Assembly (NCBI RefSeq): GCF_006345805.1 | Contig: NC_042999.1 | Location: forward strand, 72,044,001-72,108,000 | Source of the DNA: Octopus sinensis | Taxonomy: Eukaryota | Reading direction: 5' to 3' | DNA length: 64,000 nucleotides | Shown: positions 27,301-41,250 of the stretch, piece after piece | Layout of the letters: each line of letters opens with the position of its first letter | Position numbering within the stretch: the first letter of the stretch is position 1 | Program-made: the position numbers and the translations under genes | The notes under the pieces: generated by a model | Told to the model about the DNA's origin: nothing | Database searches by the model: none | What the model saw: the letters and a program-made list of their open reading frames with translations, nothing else

Positions 27301-27490
27301 GCGGATCCGTGGAACAAGCTGCCAGACGAGATGGTGAAGATGCCGACGACCGCTTTGTTCAAAGCCTCCCTGGACCTCAAGTGGCCTGAACTCTTTACAT
27401 GAACACCACCCTGTACTTAACTCCATGTCCCCCTACATGGCCTTGCTATTTGCTTTTGAGCCAAATTAACTAACTAACTAACTAACTAAC
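24370..27490 (+). mobile_element. CR1-clade LINE with nearly intact ORF2 (APE endonuclease plus RT) and a (TAAC)n tail
   Basis: APE motifs IAITETWL, ILGDFNAP, LDLVFS and SDH. RT motifs NYRPVSLTS, LDFAKAFDSV, GVPQGSVLGPLLF and LFADDIKL. Tail (TAAC)n at ~27467-27490. Confidence 0.92.
24375..27402 (+). pseudogene. CR1 ORF2 with two lesions
   Basis: An in-frame TAA at 25640-25642 (the frame continues to 25736) and a 1-bp deletion near 26690 (WSND[W]DLCLNVSKC). Confidence 0.85.
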
Positions 27491-27610
27491 AATGAGTGGC
27501 CCTCTCTTTTCCAAACTTGTTTGATGATCTAGAGATTTTTCGTTTAACTGACTGATTAAGCAGGAAGTCGATTAGTTGGTTGGTTAAATAACTAATAAAT
27601 TGTTTAATAA

Positions 27611-27820
27611 CTATCCTTTCTACTATGGAAATAATGCTTGAAAAGAGGTGGGAGATAGTCGATTACATCGACCTCGGTGCTCAACTGGTACTTATTTTAT
27701 AGACTACGAAAGAATGAAAGGCAAAGACAATCATGGCGGAATTTAAACTCAGAATATAAAGACGGACAAAATGCCGCTCAGCTTTTTGCTCGGCTTGCTA
27801 ACGATTCTGCCAGATGGCTG
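27611..27820 (-). mobile_element. tRNA-derived SINE (family A)
   Basis: ctcaactggtacttatttt...atgaaaggcaaag...ggcggaatttaaactcag...ctaacgattctgccag. Confidence 0.78.
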
Positions 27821-29482
27821 TCTTAACAATGAAGATTAATAATGAAGATGTGGAGTTGAACCAATATTGGCGTAATGATCTTCCTAATGTACAGCAAATT
27901 TAAAACAGTACACACGCATCAAAAGCCTGTAAGTTAATATAAGTATGTGACATATTTTATGAAATATTTCTGATATTTAAAATACAAGGACAATGTTGCT
28001 GCTATTTTCGTTTGGTCTCAGCCCAGCTTAGATTGAACAAGTTGTTGATCAAAGATGAAAGGTCATCTTTCCTTTACAAGACAAAAAGATTTTGATTCTA
28101 ATGAAATTTAGCTTTTATTTCTAATGGAGCTAGTAACTTTGTGGTAGTTCTTTCACTTGTTCACGTATATGTGTAACGGTCAATGAAATAAATCTGATCG
28201 CATATTTTTGCTATTATTTCAAGAAGTGCAACTTTTTAATGAACCGAAAATTATAATAGGTGAAATGCATACAAGTGTTTAGCATGATATCAGATTAAGA
28301 TAAAAATTATTTCATAAGTTTAATTAAAAATGTAAAGATGCTTAGGTACATCAGGGATACTAATATATTAATTTTCCATAAATTTCCTTATTAAATACTC
28401 TAGTAAACAAAACAACATTGACTACATAAAAATATTTTAAATTTTAAAGTTAAAAATGTCACTTTCGTATAAGTGATTAAAGAAGAAATAGATTCTCGAG
28501 CCTTATGGCTATCAAAGGGTTCACTATTCGAATCCCGACACATGAACAAAAATATTTTAATCCCAGACGACTCAAACAGAAAAGTTGACTCCCATTCCAA
28601 CACCTTGGGCAGATGAAACTCATTCCTGCAAACTAGTGTGTGAGATCGGTGAACTTGCTTCGAGAGATTTTAGTTTTTCAGTCAAAATCTTCCAATAATT
28701 ACCGCAATGAAAGTAACGTTCTTCATTGTGCTAACTTTACTTTTTCCAGATATACCCCATATAGAGAAAAATATTTATTTTGTACCCCAGTAAGTATCAA
28801 GAACTGCTTTATCCTCCCCTCTTTTACAATTTTTCAGCTCCTCAGTTTTGCTCTATGATGTCTGTCTCAATATGTTTGCTGAAGAAATACAAATCCCAAG
28901 CTCTTTTCCACAATATTTCATTTCTTAATGATTACTTTTTTTCAAAAATTAAATCAATACATGAAATGTATTAACCTAAAACTAATAACACTCTGCCTCT
29001 AATGAACAATTTCCTAGAAATGCAGTCCGTCACTAATCGTTTGTAACATTATACTTAATTTACAAAAAAGAATTCTTTATCAATGTTTAAGAAAAAAGAA
29101 ATAACGCTGGGGTAAATTGTGGGCCAGAATGGAAAGAGGTTTTGATTCTTGGTTCTATGGATTCTAACATCGATACAAAACATTCTTTTCACTTAGAAGA
29201 AGTTTTTTTCTCTCAAGTTACTCTACAATCCATCTAAGAATGACGAACCTAATATATTAATGGTAGTTTCAGTGAAAAGTATTATATGACAGTCGGCTGC
29301 CGCCTAGCGAGTTTTCTAGTTGAGTTCCATTTACACCATTATATTTGCATCTCTAATACTTTTGAGAAAAGGATTATCTCTCTCCCGAATTTAATAATCT
29401 CAAAACCTACTCGACTCTATCAATTCTGTAAATTGAAATAATTTATATCAATGTATTAAATCAATTTTTTTAATGTTATGCT

Positions 29483-30715
29483 ATACCGTGAAACGGGTTA
29501 CTTTGAACAGTTTTAGACTTCTTATTGCAATAATTTCATAACCTTTTCTTCAATCTTAACTAAATTTGACTATATTAGGGGACTAAATAGATAAAATGAT
29601 ATATGAAATAAAAATAGGTTGCGGTGAATATTTGATTACTTTTTTTTTATATAATTGTTGCTGTTCAAAGTAACACCTGATCTGGAGTTACTTTGAATAG
29701 TAATGTTTTTTTTTTACTTATGATCAAGCACTCTCAAATCCATAGCATTAAATAGAAACCCCCATTCTGCAACAGCTGTAATGTGAGCAACAAACTCTAC
29801 TTCTTCTTTTTCACTGAACACTGAAGGGTGACCAGGTTGCCTGCTATGCTTATTGTTCAATCTATGACTCAGAGTTCTGACTGGAATGCTATAAACAACA
29901 CCGACTTTTCGAAGAGTAATTTTCTTTTCTTTAACATCTGTCACTGCTTTATCCAGACTCTTTTGGCTATAAGATTTATAACTTCGAGAGCTAGGTTTTC
30001 TATTATAAATTCTTGGCATAACTATTTGGTTAATGCTAATCTCGATCCAAACTACAGGATGATCCTAAAAAAAAAAACAGAATATGGTTTAAAGTATTAG
30101 ACTTTGCAACAGAACGAAAAACTGATTGTGGTTATCAAGCCATAATTAAAAAAATTATAAATTTGTGGTTACATATCATTTATTCTAAGGGTGAAATATT
30201 GTCCATAAATAGGAAACACATATACAAATCTTAAACACCTAACTTATATTGGGCACTATTAGTTTGAACCCTAGTAGCAACTTGCTTACTGCCGCAAACA
30301 GTAAGATAATCAAAGGGGCAAGGCATGTCATGTTATACAAGTTTTACAAAGATACCAAAGTTATAAAAGCACTTCAAAAGATAATTATTAACTAGTTATA
30401 TTAACATCATACTTTAACAAAAGCTGGTATCTTTTATGCAAGAACTGTTTTAGCTACTGACAAAAGTATTCATATCTAGCAAAACTGTTTGTTCTGATGG
30501 AATTTGATGATGACAAATTCTTTCTTTGAGTGGATAATCAAAGTTATATTTACAAATTTTACTTTATGTATTGAAATTATACTCTCATAGAAATATAATT
30601 CTAAATTTTAACAACACATTTAAACAATTGTGTAAGAAATTTTAGTAACAAGCAATAAGAGGAATCAAAATATTATATTTTGTTCAAAGTTGCCCCTGTA
30701 TTTCGTTTTACTAAC
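29483..30715 (-). mobile_element. pogo/Tigger-like DNA transposon deletion derivative
   Basis: ORF 29714-30019 has an HTH_psq-like start followed by a CENP-B-type HTH (MPRIYNRK...YSQKSLDKAV...YSIPVRTL...GHPSVFSEKEE). TIR-like ends: cgggttactttgaaca (~29493) and tgttcaaagttgcccc (~30682). No DDE domain seen. Confidence 0.68.
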
Positions 30716-31639
30716 AAATGCAATGGTTAGCAAATTGACGACTTATTTCTTCGTTGGAAGTATTCATTATGAATTCTTTGTCAAGTACATTAATACGCTT
30801 GACTAATTATCATGCTTAATTAGCACAAACCTTACTTCTGCAGGCATTGATTTCTTATTACTGTTGAAAAGGAATTTGAATCTGCTTTATTTATTGTTTA
30901 GAAGTAATCAGCAATTTTCCAACCCAGACGTTCCGATTTCCAAGGTTTTCATAATCGAGTTTTGGCCTCATTCCTATAGAAAAAAAATATTAATATTTGC
31001 CACAGTCTAGCATGTTCCTATCCCATGTAATTAATTTTCTGTATAAATAGCATCTATTGTAAAAAAAAAATTTTTTAAAAACAGAACGGTTCAGCAGTTT
31101 AAATATCTGATTGATCGGTGGTTCAGATATATAAAAGGGCAAATGATTTAGCTGTCAGGACTTAAATAGTAAAATTCATTCATAACCATTTGAATATATT
31201 TTTAACGCTTTTACAATGTATTTAGTCCAGCTCCATTCATTCAATTCAATATCTTCCCATTCAAATATATTTGTTCCACAGAAGTTATGAATTGCCGTTT
31301 AAAAGTTCTAGAAGTCATTCCCATTTACCATACTCTGAGTTCAAATCCCGTGTAGGTTACTCTACCTGTCACCTTTTCGATGTTCATAAAGATCATATGA
31401 TCGAAGTTACTTGGATTTGCTCACTTGATGACGATCCACTTAGAATTCGAGAGGTCACACGAGCAACATTTTAATCACATACAGAGCTATAGAGCGGTGA
31501 AAGACTTTACTAGACGATCGTATATAAATATGATAGAGCTCTTAAAATTATCAAAAATGTACCACACTTCGCACACACCGCTTTCTCTCTCCCTCTCTGT
31601 TTCTCTCTCTCTCTCTTTTCCTCCTATTTCTTTCTCTCT

Positions 31640-31990
31640 AATAACCACCAGCAATGACAGGATTTTTGGCCAAAGGCTTTTTCAGGAGATATTTCGAACG
31701 GCTCTTAACATGCGCGCCATCAGACCTTGCCTCCATTTACTCCGTGTGAGTCCAGGTACTGGACACGTACAGTAGCACTGATTCTACATTCTGACATCAT
31801 CTGATAAGGGTTTCTTCCAAATGACACTAAGCACATCAAGAACAATTGTTGCTTTCGTGTGACGAATTTTTACATCTTTTTCTGTAGATTCAATGTTACT
31901 TCCTAAGTATACAAGGGTCTACATATTTTAGAAATTTTATTAAGCCCTCCTAATCCTAGCAGATATATGTCATCTTTGTGGTTTAACTTT
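31640..31990 (-). mobile_element. RTE-clade LINE fragment, degenerate
   Basis: The reverse strand reads YLGSNIESTEKDVKIR...IWKKPLS...SVLLY...TWT...RMLRAVRNIS. Confidence 0.65.
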
Positions 31991-32675
31991 AAAGGCCAAC
32001 ACCACCAGCCAATTTTTCAAGAGTCTCTTTTGAGATGGTCTTTAAGATGATATTAGTGTATAAGTGATATAAAGTAAATAGGATTATACAAGCGAATCGC
32101 CTTTGAATTTCTCGGTGGTCCCTTTCGTTGCAATCCACAACTAGTGACCAATATCCGGCCCTCTTTCTCTGTTTTGTTTTCTTGTCTGTGCCCCTCTCTT
32201 TCACTCGCTCCCTCGCTCTTTTTTTCTCTCTTTCTCCCTCTCTATCTATCTATATTTTCCTTCTCTCTTCCTTTGAATTTAGATTGTAACCGTAAATCAC
32301 ATTATGTGAAAACTGCGTTGTGTAACTATCTGTGGAATACTCGGCCGATTTGGCATAAATTTCACAAGTACGAATTCAGTTTATCGAACAGTTGAATGTC
32401 CATCGTCAAGATTGACGGGTAACCTACAACCACTTTCAACAATTAGATATTACTTTCATGCAACATAAATCTTAAAGAGGCTACGTATCGGTTGCGCTTT
32501 ATTTCAATTAAGTGTATTCATTCTAAACAGAAAATTGTAACAAAAACCCTTGTTATTATCTTATATTGTGCTTTTTTTATTCACAATTCTAGTTCATTTA
32601 TATAACTAACAGATTTCGTGCGTATCACAGCATAAAACTTGTTTATGTTCCTTAATTTGTATTTTTTCTGTCTAG

Positions 32676-32917
32676 GTACATTCGTTCCTGATCACTAATC
32701 TCGCTCTAGGTGATATGTTTATGGGTGTATACCTCATGATTATTGCTGTAGCGGACACATACTACAGAGGCTCCTATATACTTTACGACAAGCTATGGCG
32801 GAGCAGTATATTATGTCATTTTGCTGGATTCATAGCAACATTTTCCAGTGAGCTTTCTGTATTTACACTTACAGTTATTACATTGGATCGTCTCATATGC
32901 ATCCTTTTCCCGTTCAG
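32676..32917 (+). CDS. GRL101: GRL101-like LRR/LDLa GPCR, exon encoding TM2-TM3
   Basis: Acceptor ttctgtctag. VHSFLITNLALGDMFMGVYL...CHFAGFIATFSSELSVFTLTVITLDRLICILFPF. Donor AG|gtgagt, phase 0 to 2. Confidence 0.88.
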
Positions 32918-35625
32918 GTGAGTTAAACCTCTATATTTGTTGTGCACCACTATTACCATTCACCTATCTCGTATCTAATAATCTTCTACCAAAATATTGG
33001 CTGCCTTATTTTTTTATCTGGTTTCTACCATGATTGTATGATTGAGTGGATGTTCACTATAGTATCTCAAGAATTACGAATGCCATGAAGTTGTACTTAT
33101 TTTAATCCTTTATTTCTACATTTTCGAAAATTTATTTTCGTCTTAAATTTGCGAAATTTTGCTTGTTTAATTATTTTGATATGTGTCAGGAACAAATGAT
33201 GGAAAGAGATGGCACTGAGTTGGAAGACTTTAAAACCTAAATTTAAGAGCTGAAAGCTGTATAGAACACAAGAGATAGGCAGAAGCTGTTAATGAACACA
33301 TGGATACTCCACCGGAAATGTGAAAGCAGAATGCCATACCGAAATGGCTTCGTCAGAAGGAGAAGGAAGAGTAGAAAATAAACGTAGTGGGGTTAGGATA
33401 ACAATTCACATATACACCATGGGAGATGGTTAAGAAAAGTAAGGATAAAATCCTGGATCTGAGAATATGTAGTGAGTCAAGGAAGTGCTATTTTGAGGAA
33501 AAAACTCGGCTCCAGTCAGTCAGCCAGCGGTTTGCAGAAGACTTCGACGAGAGTACAGCTACTTTCAGTGGAACTTAGGAAGGACACTACCCTTGATGGT
33601 ATCACTTCAACATGACAGCTGTATTATTTCACCGACTTAATGCCTTAAACTTCGGGATTACATTAAGCTTGCACGGCGAACCCCATCATTCTCTATGGAC
33701 GGAAACTGCCTGTTTAAACTTCTAACTACCTTTATCGCGGTAATAATAAGTCAAATTACCTTCCTTGACGCCTACATACACCAACTCTCTACTCTAATTG
33801 CAGCCCAATGAATTATGATGCTTGTACTAATTTAGCCTTCTGGTGTATTTTCTCAATGTCTCACAGAAGCAACTTTTTGATTGACATTCCACATTGTGTA
33901 TATATTTGGTAACGCGCAAATATTGGTAACACCTTACTCAAGTTACATTCTTACATAGTTACATCCGAACACATAAAAAACTCTGTTATAAATACTAGTG
34001 AGAATCTGCTGCAGCGATATATTAAATGGAGTGGTCAAGAAAGAACTTATCGTGTGGCAACCAAGGAATCCTCCTTTTGTTCAAAGGAATCAGTCAGGAA
34101 ATATATTGTAGAGATTGCAACCAGCTTGGTGAAAATTCTGTACCCTGTCAATCTGAGATTGTGGGAATACTGCCACCAACTGTTATCAGGATTTGGACTA
34201 TCAGTAGTTGCGGTATAATCTGGCCATATCCAAGTCATTTCATTTTCTGTTTTAAATATTTCTAGCTACCTAAGGCAGTGAGCTAGCAGCATCACTGGAA
34301 ATATATGGTGTGGATGTCAAACTTTAATCCGGTGGACACTTAAATATTCATATAACAATGTAAGTTTGTTCGAGCGGTTCTATCCACCCACCAAGCGCGT
34401 TGAATTTTATTTGGCAGCATTTTTCTTTGCATGCTATCAGATAGTAGACAACTTTTGCTAACTTACTTAACGTGTGTTTTGGAGTTTTCATAGACAAGAA
34501 CAAAGGCTTTTTCCTTTCTAATGCCCACCAGGGCACTCACAACATAAAATACTGGAATACATACCGTGACATTCCGTGTGTAATATTTTGATAATTACAT
34601 AAGTTTACCGCCCTTGAATAGACCTGGAAAAATAAATATAAAATATTACTCAGTGCTATTTGAACTGGAAACAAGAAGTGCCACACCAAAGTGTTGAGCT
34701 CCAAGGATTCTGAAATCTGTCTGACGTTTTTGATTGCTTTCCTGAACTAAAAGTATTTTAAACTTTAAAACCTGTAATATATATTTCATGGCCTTCCAAA
34801 CTTGGGGAGACGAAATGTACTATTTGTCTGACACTTAATGTTTGTGTTATTGGGTCGAACAGATCATCTGGAATCGTAATCAGCAATAGAATGGTATCAT
34901 AGACAGGTCGAGAATTTTCTTTTGTACACTTCAACGAAGTAAAACCAAAACAGCTGATACTTAAAACACTTCACAGGTAGCTAAAAATTCAATTTCGCTT
35001 TACCTATGAAGTAATATGTCATCAAAATCATTTAACACAATGGAACTAGATTTTCTCATCAACTCACAAAACCATTTCTGATTTCAGCAGTTAATAAACT
35101 TTAAAGATAAAACATATAACTATGTACGTGAGCTACGCGGTGTCGTATTTACAAGTTCCCTTACGTGTGAAATTAATTTTATTTCAGAAATAAAATCGAA
35201 AGTTAGAATCTATATTTTTAATAAAGATGAAGCTAATCTTTCTAAATTCATGGGTCCATACCATTTTGCTTATTGTGTGTTTCTATTAGAGAAGAGTTTA
35301 AAATATTTACTGGAATTCGATACTAGACTCCTTAATATCGCCATCTAATAAATCACAGGTAGATCCCGCGGCTAATGTAAATGCTTATTTATTTAAATCT
35401 CATATCATCTTGGTTTTAAATAATTACATCAAATCTTTTTAGCATGATTCAACAGGAGACCAACTTATTACGTATTTTTTTGTACTTTATTCACTCAACA
35501 AGATCTACACATCTGTTGAGTAACAAGGTACAGAATACTTTAATTATTGATATTAAACAAAGAATTTATGTTTCCTTCTCAATATTCTCAGAGTATTTGC
35601 TCAATTATTTTTGCTTTTTGTTTAG

Positions 35626-36040
35626 GTCTCACCGAATGGGTTTGAAAGAAGCCCAACTTGCAATGCTTGCACTGTGGATCTTCGTCTTTTTTCTGTCTGC
35701 CGTGCCATTATTTGGCATAGAATATTTCAAGGATTTCTACAGTAGATCAGGTGTTTGTCTGGCACTTCACATCACTCCTGATCGCCCACGTGGGTGGGAG
35801 TATTCCGTCATGATCTTCCTGGCTGTCAACCTGCTATCTTTCTTGATCATTTTCATATCATATCTTTGGATGTTTATTGTGGCCAAAAAGACTAGAAGTG
35901 CAGTGAGAACAGCAGAGACCAAGACGGACAGTGCTATGGCAAAGCGTATCACTTTGATTGTACTCACTGATTTCTTCTGCTGGATACCAATCATTATATT
36001 GGGTATAGCTTCATTATGTGGACAGAGAATACCACCTGAA
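35626..36040 (+). CDS. GRL101: GRL101-like GPCR, exon encoding TM4-TM6
   Basis: Acceptor ttttgtttag. RSHRMG...FYSRSGVCLALH...AKRITLIVLTDFFCWIPII...IPPE|gtaagt. Phases match both neighbours. Confidence 0.9.
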
Positions 36041-36753
36041 GTAAGTGTTTAATTTTAGTTCTAGTTGTATGTCTTTAATTTCCTTTATTGCCATGAAGGT
36101 ATGCTGGTATCTATTTCAGCTCTCTGGATATATGCTTTTCAATTTATTCAAAAATACTACAAGCTAAAATGAGACCTTCATTTCGGGACTTCTTTCTCTT
36201 GGCTCGCATGTTTTAATTATCTTTCTAGTTTCAAGAGAATACAATAGCTGGAGGTTCATTTTACAAATGCTTATAAGATTTCCTTTTCTGGTTGTTCACA
36301 ATATGCTTAAACAGAGTGATGGTAGAAAAATGCATAGACCGAGGGATAGAATGCATATATGTGTGTGTTTAGGTTTGCAAAAACTTTTTTCCAATTAAAA
36401 AATAAATTATATAGAAAATCTTTCTCAAAACAGGTTTCCGCAGACCTTATGGAAAGGTAATTTTACTCTTGCGTCTTTTGCTGTTTTCAGCTATCTACAG
36501 AGACGAGTGATTGAAAAGCTTCATAACTTCTTTCCATACGGCCCTGGTTAATATATTTTCTTAAAGATTTTTTAATATCAATATTTCTAATCTAATAAAA
36601 TCTTTTTTACAAATATTGTGGCTCTATCAGTAAAGCTTTCTAAAACACTTTCATGCGAATGTGTGTGTGTATACGTGTGTGTATGTGTATCTTCTTTTAT
36701 ACATTTCAGCGCTAAAGCTGTGGCGATGCTGGGGCATGTATGTATGTGTATAT

Positions 36754-36831
<78 letters not shown>

Positions 36832-36834
36832 CAT

Positions 36835-36905
<71 letters not shown>

Positions 36906-36918
36906 TATATATATACAG

Positions 36919-36958
<40 letters not shown>

Positions 36959-36986
36959 ATATATATACATGTATATATAATATATA

Positions 36987-37400
36987 TAGGCACAGGAGTG
37001 GCTGTGTGGTAAGTAGCTTGCTAACCAACCACATGGTTCCGGGTTCAGTCACACTGCGTGGCATCTTGGGCAAGTGTTTTCTGCTATAGCCCCGGGCCGA
37101 CCAATGCCTTGTGAGTGGATTTGGTAGACGGAAACTGAAAGAAGGCTGTCGTATATATGTACATATATATATGTATGTGTGTGTGTGTGTTTGTGTGTCT
37201 GTGTTTGTCCCCCCAGCATCGCTTGACAAGCGATGCTGGTGTGGTTATGTCCCCGTCACTTAGCGCTTCGGCAAAAGAGACCGATAGAATAAGTACTGGG
37301 CTTACAAAGAATAAGTCCCGGGGTCGATTTGCTCGACTAAAGGCGGTGCTCCAGCATGGCCGCAGTCAAATGACTGAAACAAGTAGAAGAGAAAAAGAGT
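36987..37400 (+). mobile_element. tRNA-derived SINE (family B) with internal microsatellite
   Basis: ggagtggctgtgtggtaagtagcttgc...gggttcagtc...gcagtcaaatgactgaaacaagta. Homologous to 54921-55295. Confidence 0.82.
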
Positions 37401-37626
37401 AAAAGAGTATATACAGCCGGGGGTGTTTGTCTCCCCCTCGTATATGTATATAAGGACACAGGGAAAAAATATGTCAAGGCTATCAGGAGGCGTTCGATGC
37501 TTTCTGGGGCTATACAGCGATGGTGTACCCCCTACTGTCACGTTCTTGTTAGATTGATAGTATACAACCATTCTATCGCCCCACCACCGTACATGTCTCT
37601 ACGAGAGATTTAGAAATTCAATATTT

Positions 37627-37690
<64 letters not shown>

Positions 37691-38279
37691 CAGACCTATT
37701 ATTGACTTTTCCTAATTTTATTCAGGTCTCATGTATTTGTTAATACATTACTTCATTTCATACCCATTTTTATGATATTAAAGTATGCGTTCAACGAAAT
37801 CCGGCTGCTAAACTTAGCATCTCAAGTGATCATTATTTTGTGCATTTAGATATACATTATCTAGTTTTCCCTATTCAAAATATATTAAATTGTAATAATT
37901 GTGATTTCAGCATGATCTGGCTGGTATATCTAGCATGTTGAGTGACCAAATAGAGGCTGCCTATAAACTCGTTAAATTTTATTTTCTAATGACGTAAACA
38001 GTAATGATTTACTCGACAGATAACTAAGGTCCGAACACTTCCTCTCTAATTATTTCTAGAATTAATTGCTAATTTTAATTAAAGCGATGTTTTTTTTTTT
38101 TAAGTTGGTGGTTTTGAGAGTAGCAGAAGAAGTTGGGAGCAGCGATAGTAATTGTGATTAGGTTGAGAGCTGGAATCGGGGTGTTAGAATAGATATGACA
38201 ATGCCAGTGTGGGACGGATGGAACAGGTGCCGTTGGTGGAAGATAATTATAACAGCACTTCAATATGATGAATGTAATT

Positions 38280-38680
38280 ATAATAATATAATCAATAAGT
38301 AAGAAAAAAGGATGGATAAAGAAAAAAGTGATAAGACGGCGATGTAAACGGTGATGAGGAGAAGGAGGAGAATGGGGGTAGTGATGGTGTTGGTGGTGAT
38401 GTTCCTAGTGCTGATAATGGTGGTAATGATCACGATCATGATGACGATAATGGTGATGGCGGAGATGGTGGTGGTTGTGTTCGTGGTGATGGTTGTGGTG
38501 GTGGTGGTGGTGGTCGTCGTCGTCGTCGTCATCGGCATGATGAAAATGTTAGCGGTGGTGATGAGTGTGATGATGACGACAATGATGTTGATGATGTTGA
38601 TGATGGTGGTGGTGGTGTAGATGGGATATTGGTGATGCTAGTGATGATGGTGATGATGATGATGTTGGCGGCTGTGCTAG
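38280..38680. repeat. GAT/GGT/GTC trinucleotide mosaic
   Basis: Direct reading. Confidence 0.85.
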
Positions 38681-39059
38681 CACTACAGCAAAAGAAAAAT
38701 AAACTGATAAAAATGCCAGTTCAAAATAAGCCACGAATGTCTCAAAAATTGTCTTTTAATCAGATGGCACCCTTCAATGAGCTCTAAAAGCAAATAAGCA
38801 TATAAAGACAGAGAGAGAGGGGGAGAGAGAAAGAGTGAGAGAGAGAGAGAGAGAAAACTAGACAACGGGAGTGGGGGGAGGGACAGAGCGAGCCAGACAA
38901 CCAAAAGATAAAGTAACAACGTAGAACATAACTTCCATATTAGTTTAACAATTTTTCTTAATTTTTTAATTATTAATTTTTAAATTACAATTCAATTTGA
39001 TTATAAATTATGGTTATTTTTTAATTAAAAGCATATTATCTGTATATGATTTTTTTCAG

Positions 39060-39228
39060 GTGTACGCCTGGGTAGCTGTGTTTATTCTTCCCGTAAACAG
39101 TGCAATCAACCCAGTTCTTTATACATTATCAACGGCACCATTTCTTGGAAACGTGCGCAAAAGAGCAACAAAATTTCGTAAATCCTTCATGACGTCTTTG
39201 ACATTTGATACAAAACATTCATATGTCG
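39060..39228 (+). CDS. GRL101: GRL101-like GPCR, exon encoding TM7 and helix 8
   Basis: Acceptor tttttttcag. [42 protein letters not shown]...DTKHSYV, which resembles the Lymnaea GRL101 tail as I recall it. Donor G|gtaagt, phase 1. Confidence 0.9.
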
Positions 39229-39286
39229 GTAAGTATATATATATATTATATGCGTACATACATACACACATACATACATGCATTCA

Positions 39287-39352
<66 letters not shown>

Positions 39353-39396
39353 CATACATACATACATATATATGTATATATACATGTATATATGTA

Positions 39397-39445
<49 letters not shown>

Positions 39446-39460
39446 TACATGTATATATAC

Positions 39461-39492
<32 letters not shown>

Positions 39493-39870
39493 ATATATGC
39501 ATGAATGCATGTATGTATGTACGTATATAATATATATACATACATAGATATATGCGTATCTATATATATATATATATGTGTGTATGTATGAATGTGTGTG
39601 TGTATGTATGTAAGTATGTATGTGTATATATTATATTTTACTTGTTTCAGTCACTGGATAACTGTGATTATCCTGGGGCACCACGTTGAAATCCAACGAA
39701 TTAACTTCAGTACTGTTTTTTGGTGTTGTACGTCTGGTACATATTTTATGGTTATTATTTGCCGAACCACAGAATTGCAAGAACGTGAAATATCTTCATA
39801 TCATGTGGTGCGGGATAAGCAGGCACAGACATATGTACAGACGCACGCACACACACATTTATATATATTC

Positions 39871-39924
<54 letters not shown>

Positions 39925-39929
<5 letters not shown>

Positions 39930-40100
39930 TGTTACATGGTTGGTACTAAGAAGAGCACCCAGCTGTTGAAAACATACCAAAGCAGACATAGAGCCTGGCG
40001 CAACCCTCTGGCTCGTCCTTTCTTTTAAAATCTTCGAGTCCATACCAGCATGGAAAAGAGGACGTTGAATGATGACGATGATGGTGACAACGTCGACGAC
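39925..40100 (+). mobile_element. Retroposon 3' end with (GAT)n tail
   Basis: ...ccataccagcatggaaaagaggacgttgaatgatgacgatgatg; a SINE/LINE-like tail. Confidence 0.55.
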
Positions 40101-40104
40101 GATG

Positions 40105-41250
40105 ATCATGGTGATGATGATATATGGAGTCGACAAAAAGTTCTTTCAGTTTTTCAAGCTAAATTAAGACGCGAGATTTAAACACGAAGAGATTCATTCG
40201 ATCAACGATAATCAATGATATAATTAGTACTTTTTTTTCAAGCATCTTCTGACATCTTTTGAGCAGATTTATTATCCCATGGTCAAGGAATTTTCTGTCT
40301 TTGCTGGCGAAAGCTCTTCCTGATAAATTTTTACATCCCTTTCGGTGATGAAAGTCTTTCCTTTCAATGAATTTTGAAGAAACCGAAACTGCCGGGCATC
40401 CGAAAGTGAAAGGTAGGGTGAATATACAGGGTGCAGCAAAACTCCCAGCCAAGCCCTGGTAACGTCTGCCACGTCTTCAAAGAAGTGTGCACTCTGCCAA
40501 TGTTGTGATGAGAGACAACGCCCTTTCCATTGGCAAATGTTGGAAACTTCTGGTGATCGATGGTCCTGTCTGTGAGAAGAAGCTCATAAAAGACAACACC
40601 CTTACAACCCCATCAGATTGAAAGCATATCAGGTGAATTCCTGCTTTGGAGTTTGACTTTGGTGGTTTGTCGGGTTTCCCCCATTTTGGTTTGCGCAAAC
40701 ACACTGTTAATGACGATCCATTTTCCGCCCCCTTTCACCATTCTCATAAAAAATATAACCTTTCTTCTTTCATGTATTTGTAACGAATTACAGATTGAAA
40801 TCCGTTAGGCAAGGTTAGCCTCATTCACTTGATCTGGGGCTCAAGAGTTTAACCTGCTGACGTAACAGTGTTGATGCAGATGGTTTTCAACTTTCGAGTT
40901 GGGTATTTGGGGAACTTCTGCAACCCACCTCGTTGTATACCGGGGTTAGTGTCACTGTTAAATCTCAGTTAGTCGGTTAGAGTGATGTGCAACTTGAACC
41001 GAAATATTTCCCGATCGAAATTTTGAAAACCGTTTTTGGCACATCCGTTCCGTAACTCATCCTCTCCATATACAACGCATGTATTCCAATAGGTTTTTGT
41101 TACTTCCACATTAAAAAAAATAAAAAACGCATGAGGTGTCAATAATTTTCGTTTTGGTTCTCCATCTTTAAGAGCACAAAACACAATATGTCCTGTCGCA
41201 AGTTTGCGTCGAACTACGTTGAAGCATAAAGTATCTAACATGTGCACATG
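40105..41250 (-). mobile_element. Degenerate mariner (DD34D) transposon
   Basis: Fragments: HIVFCAL...NTCVVYGED...NGFQNFD (N-terminal HTH) and VLLHPVYSPYLSLSD..FRFLQNSLKGKTF (decayed YSPDLAPSD motif). Many stops and frameshifts. Confidence 0.8.
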
